20,000 nt of DNA, from IMG/VR virus record IMGVR_UViG_3300047157_000163, one strand, 5' to 3'. The notes under the pieces are model-generated. The model saw nothing but the letters and a program-made list of their open reading frames with translations. It was not told where the DNA came from and searched no databases. The position numbers and the translations under genes were made by a program. The number at the start of each line of letters is the position of its first letter. Position 1 is the stretch's first letter. Origin of the DNA: an uncultured virus (IMG/VR IMGVR_UViG_3300047157_000163) (lineage: Duplodnaviria; Heunggongvirae; Uroviricota; Caudoviricetes; Crassvirales). Positions 7,653-15,738 of this stretch are shown in pieces.

Positions 7653-9204
7653 CCATTCTCATATTAGAGATTACACAATCTGCAGAAATAATTGTTGTAG
7701 CTACACTAACTGCATTCTTTAGTGCGGTTTTGGTTACGAGCACTGGATCAATAATACCAGCCTTAACCATATTTACTTTCTTCCCCGAAGTAGCATCAAT
7801 TCCATAACCTTTACGCGCAACTGGCTCGTCGAGCACAATATTTGCGTTTTCAAGAATGGTATTAAACGGAGAACTAAGAGCTCTAAGAAGAGCAGTGTAT
7901 CCAACATTCTTATGTTTAATCTTTAATGATGCATGCAATAATGCTGCGCCACCCCCTGCTACGATACCTTCTTTTAACGCGGCTTGCGTTGCATAGATGG
8001 CATCTTCTACTCTATCTTTCTTTTCTTTGAGTTCGACCTGTGAGTCAGCTCCTACATAAATCAGTCCAACCTTACCGGTTAACATTGATAAACGCTCTTC
8101 GAGCTTACCCCTAAAGTAAGGGTTTGTTTCAGAACCAATTCTTTCACGTACATTTTCAATACGATCAAGAAGCTGCTCATGGTCGGCCTCCACCTGCATC
8201 ACAGTGTTCTTTGAAGAGGTAACGGATTTTACCGCTTCTCCTAACACTTCGGGATTGATCAGATCCAAATCATCGCCAAGCTCTTCATTAATGACTGTAG
8301 CCCCAGTTAATATTGCTAAGTCTTCGATTGCTTCCTGCTTAGTTGGCCCAAACCCAGGTAAATCCACTATGTTTACCTTGATATTGCCTTTTACCTTGTT
8401 AGCTAGTAACGTTTGGTAAGGTTGTTGCTCAACGTCAGCGACGATCAGCAGGCTTCTGTTCTTCTTTACAACGTGTTCTAAGACACTTTGTATCTTTCTT
8501 ATATTAGGTATAGGCGAAGACACAATAAGGACCATAGGGTTGTCTAAAACAGCTATGCCCTTATCTTTATCTGTTATAAGATGTGGTGACTTTAAACCTG
8601 AATCAAATTGAGTACCCTCTACAAACTCCACATAAGTTTCGTTCGTTTCGGATTCTTCCATCAATACGACTCCATCTTTGCCAACTTTGCCGAAAGCTTC
8701 ACCAATGAAGCCTCCAAGCTCTTCGTCGTTGTTTGTGCTAATGTATGCAACTTGCCTAAGCATTTCACCATCAACCGGAATACTGGTAGTATCAAGATAT
8801 TCCAAGATCTCCTTAGCACAGTCTTCAACGCCTTTTTTAATTTCTCTAATTTTGTCATCACTTGTAAATTCACTTAGTTCTTTTAATAATGAGTGAGCGA
8901 GGACGGTCGAGGTTGTCGTACCGTCACCCGCTTCACGCACTGTATTTCGGGCAGCCTCTTTAACAAGTGTTGCACCGATGTTTTCGACCGGATCCATCAA
9001 GACTACGCTTTCTGCTACGGTTACACCATCTTTAGTGATGACCGGTCGGCCCAAGGCGTCTTCGTAGATCACGCATTTACCTGAAGCTCCTAAAGTGGAC
9101 TTCACTGCGTTCGCTAACTTACTGACGCCGGCCATAATTTTTTCATTGGCAGCATTGCCAAATGTGAGATCCTTTACAATCTCGCTAGGGTTATTAAATT
9201 CCAT
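7636..9204 (-). CDS. groEL: Phage chaperonin GroEL, copy B
   Basis: Protein identical to 4629-6197, with three synonymous differences. Confidence 0.97.
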   Translation of the reverse strand: MEFNNPSEIVKDLTFGNAANEKIMAGVSKLANAVKSTLGASGKCVIYEDALGRPVITKDGVTVAESVVLMDPVENIGATLVKEAARNTVREAGDGTTTSTVLAHSLLKELSEFTSDDKIREIKKGVEDCAKEILEYLDTTSIPVDGEMLRQVAYISTNNDEELGGFIGEAFGKVGKDGVVLMEESETNETYVEFVEGTQFDSGLKSPHLITDKDKGIAVLDNPMVLIVSSPIPNIRKIQSVLEHVVKKNRSLLIVADVEQQPYQTLLANKVKGNIKVNIVDLPGFGPTKQEAIEDLAILTGATVINEELGDDLDLINPEVLGEAVKSVTSSKNTVMQVEADHEQLLDRIENVRERIGSETNPYFRGKLEERLSMLTGKVGLIYVGADSQVELKEKKDRVEDAIYATQAALKEGIVAGGGAALLHASLKIKHKNVGYTALLRALSSPFNTILENANIVLDEPVARKGYGIDATSGKKVNMVKAGIIDPVLVTKTALKNAVSVATTIISADCVISNMRMDESGK

Positions 9205-9228
9205 TATATTAAATTAAAGTGTTTTGGT

Positions 9229-9513
9229 TTATTCGAATGTTTTAACGACTTTAGGTCCTTGCGCGAATTCGAGACGCGATTTGTAGTGCTCTATCGATTT
9301 ATCAATAGCTTGTTCAGCACCATCTAAAGTTTCCCTGCGAGTTACATCTTTCCAGGAACCTTCTAATAACAACTCTGTTTGATAGTAGCCATTAGGTAAT
9401 TGTACAATTCTCCAGTTCTTTTTTTCTGAAGCATGTTCCCAGAAAGCTTTGGCTTTTTCGGATACTTGTTGGTCGCCACTTGTTGCAGTGGTCGTGCGGT
9501 AATAAAATGTCAT
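9229..9513 (-). CDS. Hypothetical protein upstream of groEL (94 aa), copy B
   Basis: Identical to 6222-6506. Confidence 0.8.
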   Translation of the reverse strand: MTFYYRTTTATSGDQQVSEKAKAFWEHASEKKNWRIVQLPNGYYQTELLLEGSWKDVTRRETLDGAEQAIDKSIEHYKSRLEFAQGPKVVKTFE

Positions 9514-9550
9514 TTGGTTTTTATTTAAGGTTATTACTTACAGGGTATAA

Positions 9551-9958
9551 TTACTTGCGCATCAGCTTAGTTAAATCTTTCGTCTTGTCTCCAGAACCCA
9601 TTGAAGAACCAAACCAATACCCATATACATCACCTAAGGTACGCAAGAAAAACCCACTAAACGTAGTTATTAATCCTTTTTGTACTTCTGTCAATGCTTC
9701 CCAGTTAAGGAAGTCAGTAAATATAGCCGTTGCTAAACCAATAGCGATAAATAAAGTAACGTAAGTTAGTATATCCGGTGTGCTTTTATTCTTACCAAGT
9801 TCTCTAGCTTCTTTACGATCTAATACCTCTTGCTGATATGCTTCTTTAATAAAAGCTTTCTTTTCAGCGGGTGTATCAATAAATCTATCTGCAACCTCAG
9901 CCGCTTTGTCTAGTAGAGGCGCTGCGCTTCCACCTAGTAGTTTTAATAATTTGCTCAT
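9551..9958 (-). CDS. Putative holin-like membrane protein (135 aa; start re-called to ATG 9958, MSKLLKLLGG)
   Basis: Amphipathic N-terminus and two hydrophobic segments (ILTYVTLFIAIGLATAIF; GLITTFSGFF...YGYWFGSS), then a basic C-tail. Lies after the tail genes with ATGA coupling. Confidence 0.65.
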   Translation of the reverse strand: MSKLLKLLGGSAAPLLDKAAEVADRFIDTPAEKKAFIKEAYQQEVLDRKEARELGKNKSTPDILTYVTLFIAIGLATAIFTDFLNWEALTEVQKGLITTFSGFFLRTLGDVYGYWFGSSMGSGDKTKDLTKLMRK

Positions 9959-10074
9959 AATGTATTTATGTATTGTTGGCACTCTTCTTCTGTTCCATAA
10001 AATTCAGGTGTACCATCGTTTAATACTTCAAAAACAGTTGCTTCTTCGTCGTATGGTAAAATTTCGTAAGCCAT
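9955..10074 (-). CDS. Small acidic protein, 39 aa (MAYEILPYDEEATVFEVLNDGTPEFYGTEEECQQYINTL), absent from the ORF track
   Basis: TAATG overlap with the upstream gene and ATGA overlap with the holin; fills the gap exactly. Confidence 0.8.
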   Translation of the reverse strand: MAYEILPYDEEATVFEVLNDGTPEFYGTEEECQQYINTL

Positions 10075-11033
10075 TAGTATGCGGTTATTGTTCCGTTAGT
10101 AATTGTATTAGTGTACTTACTGTTGCTATCGTTAGCGTTATTGTTATCAAAAGTCCACTCTGTTATAAGACCGCTTGTAACTGTTTGACTACTGTCTGCT
10201 ATAACGCCACTGTTATATAGGGTTGTTACCTCGCTTGAGGACAATACTTTGTTGTATATCTTTATCTCATCGTAGTCCAAAGTAGCATTACCCGCACTAT
10301 TGGTAAGGTGTATGTTTTCTCCAATTTTCCCCTTAGTAGCATTAATAGCTGTTCTTGTTCCATTATTAGCATTTGATTGAGAAGTACACTCCGTAGCGTT
10401 CCAGTACAGTTTAAATGCGTTAGCTGCGTTTGTTAGCGAAGCATCGTAGGTTATTGTAATCATACAGAACCCATCACTATTCACATTCCCTCTTGCACTG
10501 CTTTTCCATTTTGCACTACTATTAATTCCAGTAGCAGAATTATCGTGTAATGGCCATTGCCTATCAAAGTTTGTGCTATTAGTCCTTATCCTCGCAATAA
10601 GTCTATTTAAGCTTTGGCTATACGTCAACATAAATCTGTTATTGCCGTTCGAGTTTGTATTACCAAAGTTCCAAAGTAATTGATTTTGCAAGCTGCCCGT
10701 GTTGCGTACCCATATACTAAAACTCAAATCTTGCGTAGTATTTATACTAAACGGTGAAGTGCTAGTAGTGCAATTTATATAATCACCCGTACCATCGTTT
10801 TGATAGTACCTCGTGTTTGAGTATGCTGCGGCTGCACTATGGTCGTAGCTATAAAACTCGCTAATAGCGTGAGGCGCAGTACCGTCTGGGCGGTCTGAAG
10901 AAGCATTGTTAGTGTTTATAGTTGACGCCGTTCCATCAGAAGCATCTTTGAGACTAAGTCTTCTAGTTTCCTGAAGCCCAAATTCTACGTTTAATTCAGA
11001 CATTTTTATTTGTCCGCTACTTTGTAATGCCAT
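10074..11033 (-). CDS. Putative tail-tip adhesin / receptor-binding protein with LamG (ConA-like) domain, 319 aa
   Basis: N-terminal MALQSSGQIKMSELNVEFG...ISEFYSY module. LamG hallmarks FSIWVR...ITITYD...DEIKIYNKVLSSSEVTTLYNSG...GLITEWTFD. Confidence 0.75.
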   Translation of the reverse strand: MALQSSGQIKMSELNVEFGLQETRRLSLKDASDGTASTINTNNASSDRPDGTAPHAISEFYSYDHSAAAAYSNTRYYQNDGTGDYINCTTSTSPFSINTTQDLSFSIWVRNTGSLQNQLLWNFGNTNSNGNNRFMLTYSQSLNRLIARIRTNSTNFDRQWPLHDNSATGINSSAKWKSSARGNVNSDGFCMITITYDASLTNAANAFKLYWNATECTSQSNANNGTRTAINATKGKIGENIHLTNSAGNATLDYDEIKIYNKVLSSSEVTTLYNSGVIADSSQTVTSGLITEWTFDNNNANDSNSKYTNTITNGTITAY

Positions 11034-11035
11034 AA

Positions 11036-13786
11036 TTAAGGATTAAATATGTCTGAGAATGCAATTACATCTCCCTTCATGTGCAAGTCTCCATCAGACT
11101 CCATACGAGCTACCCAAACCCCACCAACGTAAAAATCAATAACATTAGTATCAGCGCCAATAGCAATATAATTACTAGTGTCTTTTCCTACTCTTGTGAC
11201 GCCGTCCCTTAAATCTGACTCAATACTAAATGTTGTGCCAGTTAAATCAAGACCAGTACCTGCTGAATAAGTTGTGTTTGTATTAGTCGTATAAGAAGGC
11301 GTTGCCCATGTTGCTGTACCGTCAGAAGAATACTTTAAGAACTGCCCCGCTGCGCCACCCGCAGGTATGTGCTTATTACCAGCAGTAGTTGGGTGAGTAT
11401 ACACCGTGTCTGTGTCTGTAGAATTAATTGTTCCGTCTGATGCTATTGTTACATTATTTCCAGCGGTAAACATCCCAATTACATCAGCCTGACTTAACTG
11501 GTTATCTGTGTTTGTGGTATAGCTTGGAGTAGCCCAAGTTGCTGTACCGCTAGAAGAATACCTTAAAAACTGACCTGAAGAACCACCTGTAGGGATGTGG
11601 TTGTTACCATCGCCTGTAGGGTGAACATACACTGTGTCTGTATAATTACCAGAATGAATGTTCGTGCTTCCTTGGTCAGTAGTCCAGTCTATTATTGCAT
11701 TCCCGCTTGGAATAGCGGTATTACCCGCCATTGCCGTGGTAGAAGTTGTACCTATAGCAAGCGCATCAGTAATTCCGTAACCACTAATAGTCGTAGGAGT
11801 ACCTGTAAGGTCTGAGAATGCTACAGAAGTTAGATACGTACTATCACTATCAAACTTTGTTGTACCTCCAGCTACAATTCTTACTCTATCCGCAGTAAGT
11901 CTAATGTAAGTATTTGAATCTCCGTTGTGATAAATATATTCATTAAAACCAGCGTTACCAGCTACATCTAACTTATATGTAGGATTCGTAGTGCCAATAC
12001 CTAAACTTCCTCCATCAATCCATGAGCTACCCGCAGAATCTAATCTAATTTCTTCTATGCTGCTTGTACCATTAAAAGCGTACAAGGAAAACAATCCTTT
12101 ATCAACATCAGCACCAACACCTCTTGGTATAATTCTACTAAGAGCTTTGTCTGATGACTTTGTAAAAAAGAATGTTGTATCGCCCTGTACTGTTAAAGTT
12201 CCAGTTACTGTGCCTCCTGCTTTAGGCAATGCGTCATCAGCTCTTGTTCCTTGAGTTGATGTAGCGTAGGCAGTGGAAGCTGTTGCTGCTGCTGTGCCTA
12301 ATGTAGGTAACCCACTAAGGGAACTATAAGCTCCGTCAAACAAAGAAGTATTACCAGCCATTGCCGTAGTAGCTGTTGTACCTATAGTAAGTGGTGTTAA
12401 ATTACCACTATGATATATGGTGTGCTTTGTTACTTCAGTTAGTCCATTAGGTGCGCTTGTGCTAGCTGAATCAAAATTATAAGTAACTGTACCAAATTGA
12501 GATAAGACGGTAAACTGGTTATTTTGATTATAGTCAGACATTAACGCCCAAATCTCGTAGTCGTTATTAGCCGCTTGACGATAATAAAATTCGTAGTCAT
12601 CAGCTACAGCAGAATGCGATGTCTGATAAACGTCAAAACTTATTGTCGTTCTAGTCCCTATCTGAATCTCATATGAAGCTTTATCAGCATCACCGTAATC
12701 ACCAGCAGCCGATAATATACCTGTCACACCAGCATCAAAGTCATCTAAAGTAAACAGCTTCGCGTAGTATCTATTACCACTAGCAGTACTTCCAGGATTA
12801 AACGTATACTTTCGTGTAAAACCGCCGCTGTCAATACCATCTAGTAAATTAGAGTCAGCTGCTTTGCCAGTTGTTGATAAAGCACCTAAAGAAGAAAGCG
12901 TTGGTAGTACTTGGTCACCTGTGTTAGTACCAGACGATGAGCCAGAGAAGTTGTCTGCTGTAAGGTCTCCGTCAACATCAACATCATTGAAGAAATAAGC
13001 TTTAGGAGTAGAAGCACCACCTTGAATTCTAAGACCTACTTGCTCTGCACCAGATGCAGACTTTACGTAAAAGTCCATATCAGTTCGTGTTGCCGAAGAA
13101 TTGGTTTCAAGCACTATTTTACCCCAGTTCTGATGAGACCCATTATAATCTGACTGAAACTGCATTTTAAACAGCAAGTCGTTAGTAGATGGGTTTGTAC
13201 CATCGTGAAGTAGTGTGAAGGTGGGAGCGTCATTCTGGTTTGAAACAGTTACGTCACCGCCAGCTACAGTTAAATCTCCGCCCGCGTATATATTACTTGC
13301 AAATGTTGCGTTTTGGGTTGGATGCAATGTTAAAGTTAAATCCTCATCTGACGTTCCGTTTGCATTAGAGGTGTAAAACCTCATCTCTTGATTGTATCCA
13401 CCAGTATTAGCAGTTCTTATACTGCCTAACCAATCTCCGTCATTAGACGATATACCTCTAATTAATACTGACTCTTGATTTGTGGTATTTGTTCCTTGTA
13501 TGTATAGAGCGTCTGTAAGTTTATTTCCAGAACCCGCAGCTAAAGGAAGCTTAGTAGCAATACTATTCGTTACAGTGGTAGAAAAGCTAGCGTCATCCCC
13601 TAATGCAGCAGCAAGCTCATTAAGCGTGTTTAATGCCGAAGGTGATGAGTCAATAAGGTTTGTAATCTGTGTGCCTACATACGCCTCTGTAGCAACACCG
13701 TTACCGCCAAGGGTCATGGTGGATGCAGCTGCCGATGAGTCAGATGTAATATTTAAATGTCTTTTAGAAGAGCCTACAGTAGCCAT
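11036..13786 (-). CDS. Long tail fibre protein, 916 aa
   Basis: Fibre motif SPSALNTLNELAAALGDDASFSTTVTN, plus AADSNLLDGIDS, LGIGTTNPTYKLDVAG, internal repeats and a GDVIAFSD end; Thr/Gly/Ser-rich. Confidence 0.85.
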   Translation of the reverse strand: MATVGSSKRHLNITSDSSAAASTMTLGGNGVATEAYVGTQITNLIDSSPSALNTLNELAAALGDDASFSTTVTNSIATKLPLAAGSGNKLTDALYIQGTNTTNQESVLIRGISSNDGDWLGSIRTANTGGYNQEMRFYTSNANGTSDEDLTLTLHPTQNATFASNIYAGGDLTVAGGDVTVSNQNDAPTFTLLHDGTNPSTNDLLFKMQFQSDYNGSHQNWGKIVLETNSSATRTDMDFYVKSASGAEQVGLRIQGGASTPKAYFFNDVDVDGDLTADNFSGSSSGTNTGDQVLPTLSSLGALSTTGKAADSNLLDGIDSGGFTRKYTFNPGSTASGNRYYAKLFTLDDFDAGVTGILSAAGDYGDADKASYEIQIGTRTTISFDVYQTSHSAVADDYEFYYRQAANNDYEIWALMSDYNQNNQFTVLSQFGTVTYNFDSASTSAPNGLTEVTKHTIYHSGNLTPLTIGTTATTAMAGNTSLFDGAYSSLSGLPTLGTAAATASTAYATSTQGTRADDALPKAGGTVTGTLTVQGDTTFFFTKSSDKALSRIIPRGVGADVDKGLFSLYAFNGTSSIEEIRLDSAGSSWIDGGSLGIGTTNPTYKLDVAGNAGFNEYIYHNGDSNTYIRLTADRVRIVAGGTTKFDSDSTYLTSVAFSDLTGTPTTISGYGITDALAIGTTSTTAMAGNTAIPSGNAIIDWTTDQGSTNIHSGNYTDTVYVHPTGDGNNHIPTGGSSGQFLRYSSSGTATWATPSYTTNTDNQLSQADVIGMFTAGNNVTIASDGTINSTDTDTVYTHPTTAGNKHIPAGGAAGQFLKYSSDGTATWATPSYTTNTNTTYSAGTGLDLTGTTFSIESDLRDGVTRVGKDTSNYIAIGADTNVIDFYVGGVWVARMESDGDLHMKGDVIAFSDIFNP
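11279..11638 (-). repeat. Two 44-aa intragenic repeats (11507-11638 and 11279-11410)
   Basis: DTVYVHPTGDGNNHIPTGGSSGQFLRYSSSGTATWATPSYTTNT vs DTVYTHPTTAGNKHIPAGGAAGQFLKYSSDGTATWATPSYTTNT; 35/44 identical. Confidence 0.9.
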
Positions 13787-13787
13787 A

Positions 13788-15584
13788 TTATCTTAACTTT
13801 TTTCTTGTTACTTTATACTTGATATTAGTGTCTTTTGCGGCATCGTGCATTGAGCCAAAATCAACAACTAAGCCCATTTTACTTTGCAAAAACGGAGCTT
13901 TGTTTGGATGACCCGACGCTGTTAACTTAACCCTTAACTGTGTTCCCGTTGTAGAAAACACATGCGCTTCTCCTGAGTCTTTATCATAAGTTTCCCAGTT
14001 TGTACCGTTATTATTACTTACATAAACAGATAGTCCACAATTAGAAGGTATAACAAAATCACTTAAGCCACCAACAAAAACCATGTCCACCTTAGCACTA
14101 TTGTCTAAAGTAAATGTACCAAAAACAACTTCCCAATTACCACATAGCTGCGTTGGATTTGTAGCCTCCGACCATATTCTAAAACTATGACCATCGCCAC
14201 CATACCCCATGCGAATCCAATACTTAGTGCCATTTGCGGACGACATTAAAACAGGGTTTACTCCATAATCTGATTGCCAACTTCTTCCTCTTGCGCTACC
14301 GCCATATACGCTTGATGTGTCTTCTTGATAATTACTTAACGTTCTTACATTATATATTTTAAATGTGCTAAGATCTAAAAATCCTCCATCTACTTTTCCA
14401 TACCCCCTGTCACCTGACATAGGGACCCATTCTCCTGCATACCCCGGCATTTTATCCATAGGCGTTCCTGAAGTCTTTTGAAATTTTGTTCCAAACCTAG
14501 CAATACTATTAAGATCAATGCCATTTTCATAATTTCTTATGTAAAACCTATCTGTAACATAAGGTGCACTACCACTAAAACAATTAGTGTAATCCACCTT
14601 TAGTACATAGTCATATCCTGGAATTATCACAACGTTTGGTTCGCTAGCAGGATCCGGCACAAATAAACCGGACTCTCTACAGTAACCATTTTGTGTGTAG
14701 TCAGAATTACTTCCTGCTACTGTATCTTCAAGATCACAGTATAATGTTTCTGGCGTGCTTGTAGAAGCGTCAAGTATTACAGTAAAAGCGCCATTGCCTT
14801 CGTAATCTAAATAGTAAACTCTATCATTTACTTCGTCATATGATAAAAATGCCCTGTAGCCATTTCTGTCGTTAGCCGCTGATCCACTATATCTATCTGA
14901 CCCTGCACCGTCTAAAAACTCTTGGGTACCTGTAGACAAATTTCTTCTAGGAAATTTTTTATAATGTCTACCACCATCATGCTCTGAAGCATATACCCAA
15001 TTTCCAGCGGCTACTAATCCGCCTGCATACCAATAACCAACTCTTCTTACGTATCCATTTGACCTAGAATTAGTCCCTGACGGATCAATAAAATCTGTAG
15101 GGTTTGTATGTGAAGGTCTGGCTTCTCTAATTACCTCACCACTATTAGTAGTGCCGTCTTTAGCTCCTCTGTAATCAAATATAGAATAGCCATAAACGTT
15201 GTAACTCATTACGACCGCCTTGCCCGCGCTCTTAGCCATCGCTACGGATTGCATGTGATTATACGTGCTTGTTGTATCTCTATATAAAGCATAGTTGTCA
15301 TGATATAGCTTTGTCATAGAACCATCATTATTAAGTCTTCTAAACGCTACACCATCGCCCCAACCTGCTGTCATTAATATATCTCCATCTATATCATATC
15401 CATTGTGAAAGCCAATAACTCTATCTCCACCGTCATAAGCACCGCTTCCGGAAGACACAATAGTATTACCCGAACCTCCTTTTTGAACAGGACCAATAGT
15501 ATAATTATCAAACTCATACATACCCGCGCCGGTTATGCTGATAATATTACTTCTTGTGATTTTCGTGTTTTTAAACTTACCCAT
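13788..15584 (-). CDS. Putative virion/tail-associated protein, beta-rich (possible propeller plus C-terminal sandwich), 598 aa
   Basis: Sits between fibre genes. Gly/Tyr/Asp-rich strands; C-terminal VYVSNNNGTNWE...HVFSTTGTQLRVKLT. Confidence 0.65.
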   Translation of the reverse strand: MGKFKNTKITRSNIISITGAGMYEFDNYTIGPVQKGGSGNTIVSSGSGAYDGGDRVIGFHNGYDIDGDILMTAGWGDGVAFRRLNNDGSMTKLYHDNYALYRDTTSTYNHMQSVAMAKSAGKAVVMSYNVYGYSIFDYRGAKDGTTNSGEVIREARPSHTNPTDFIDPSGTNSRSNGYVRRVGYWYAGGLVAAGNWVYASEHDGGRHYKKFPRRNLSTGTQEFLDGAGSDRYSGSAANDRNGYRAFLSYDEVNDRVYYLDYEGNGAFTVILDASTSTPETLYCDLEDTVAGSNSDYTQNGYCRESGLFVPDPASEPNVVIIPGYDYVLKVDYTNCFSGSAPYVTDRFYIRNYENGIDLNSIARFGTKFQKTSGTPMDKMPGYAGEWVPMSGDRGYGKVDGGFLDLSTFKIYNVRTLSNYQEDTSSVYGGSARGRSWQSDYGVNPVLMSSANGTKYWIRMGYGGDGHSFRIWSEATNPTQLCGNWEVVFGTFTLDNSAKVDMVFVGGLSDFVIPSNCGLSVYVSNNNGTNWETYDKDSGEAHVFSTTGTQLRVKLTASGHPNKAPFLQSKMGLVVDFGSMHDAAKDTNIKYKVTRKKLR

Positions 15585-15738
15585 TTAATTCATCTAGTTT
15601 TTTTTGTGCCTCTTCTTTGCCGTCTATTAAAATTTTCATCAAAAAAGAGTCAGGGCTGCCAATAGCCTCTTCAGCTTCAATATCTTTATTTCTTTGGTTT
15701 ATAACCCAATTCCAGTGTGTGCTATTGTTGCCTTTCAT
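15577..15738 (-). CDS. Small protein, 53 aa (MKGNNSTHWNWVINQRNKD...KKLDELNG), absent from the ORF track
   Basis: TAATG overlap with the 785-aa gene and an 8-nt overlap with the next start; fills the gap. Confidence 0.75.
   Translation of the reverse strand: MKGNNSTHWNWVINQRNKDIEAEEAIGSPDSFLMKILIDGKEEAQKKLDELNG

Larger units (their letters stand above)
6947..9953. repeat. 3007-bp direct tandem repeat, copy B
   Basis: Junction AATTTG|TAAGTG at 6946/6947. Identity ends at 9953, after which the sequence continues CTCAT (holin start). Confidence 0.98.

Noticed and set aside
4388..9204. Bacterial chromosomal groESL operon
   Set aside because: Reversed gene order, divergent sequence, no GGM tail, no CIRCE element noticed, and embedded among terminase and tail genes.
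3940..9953. Duplication caused by a transposon or integrative element
   Set aside because: No transposase, integrase, terminal inverted repeats or target-site duplication.
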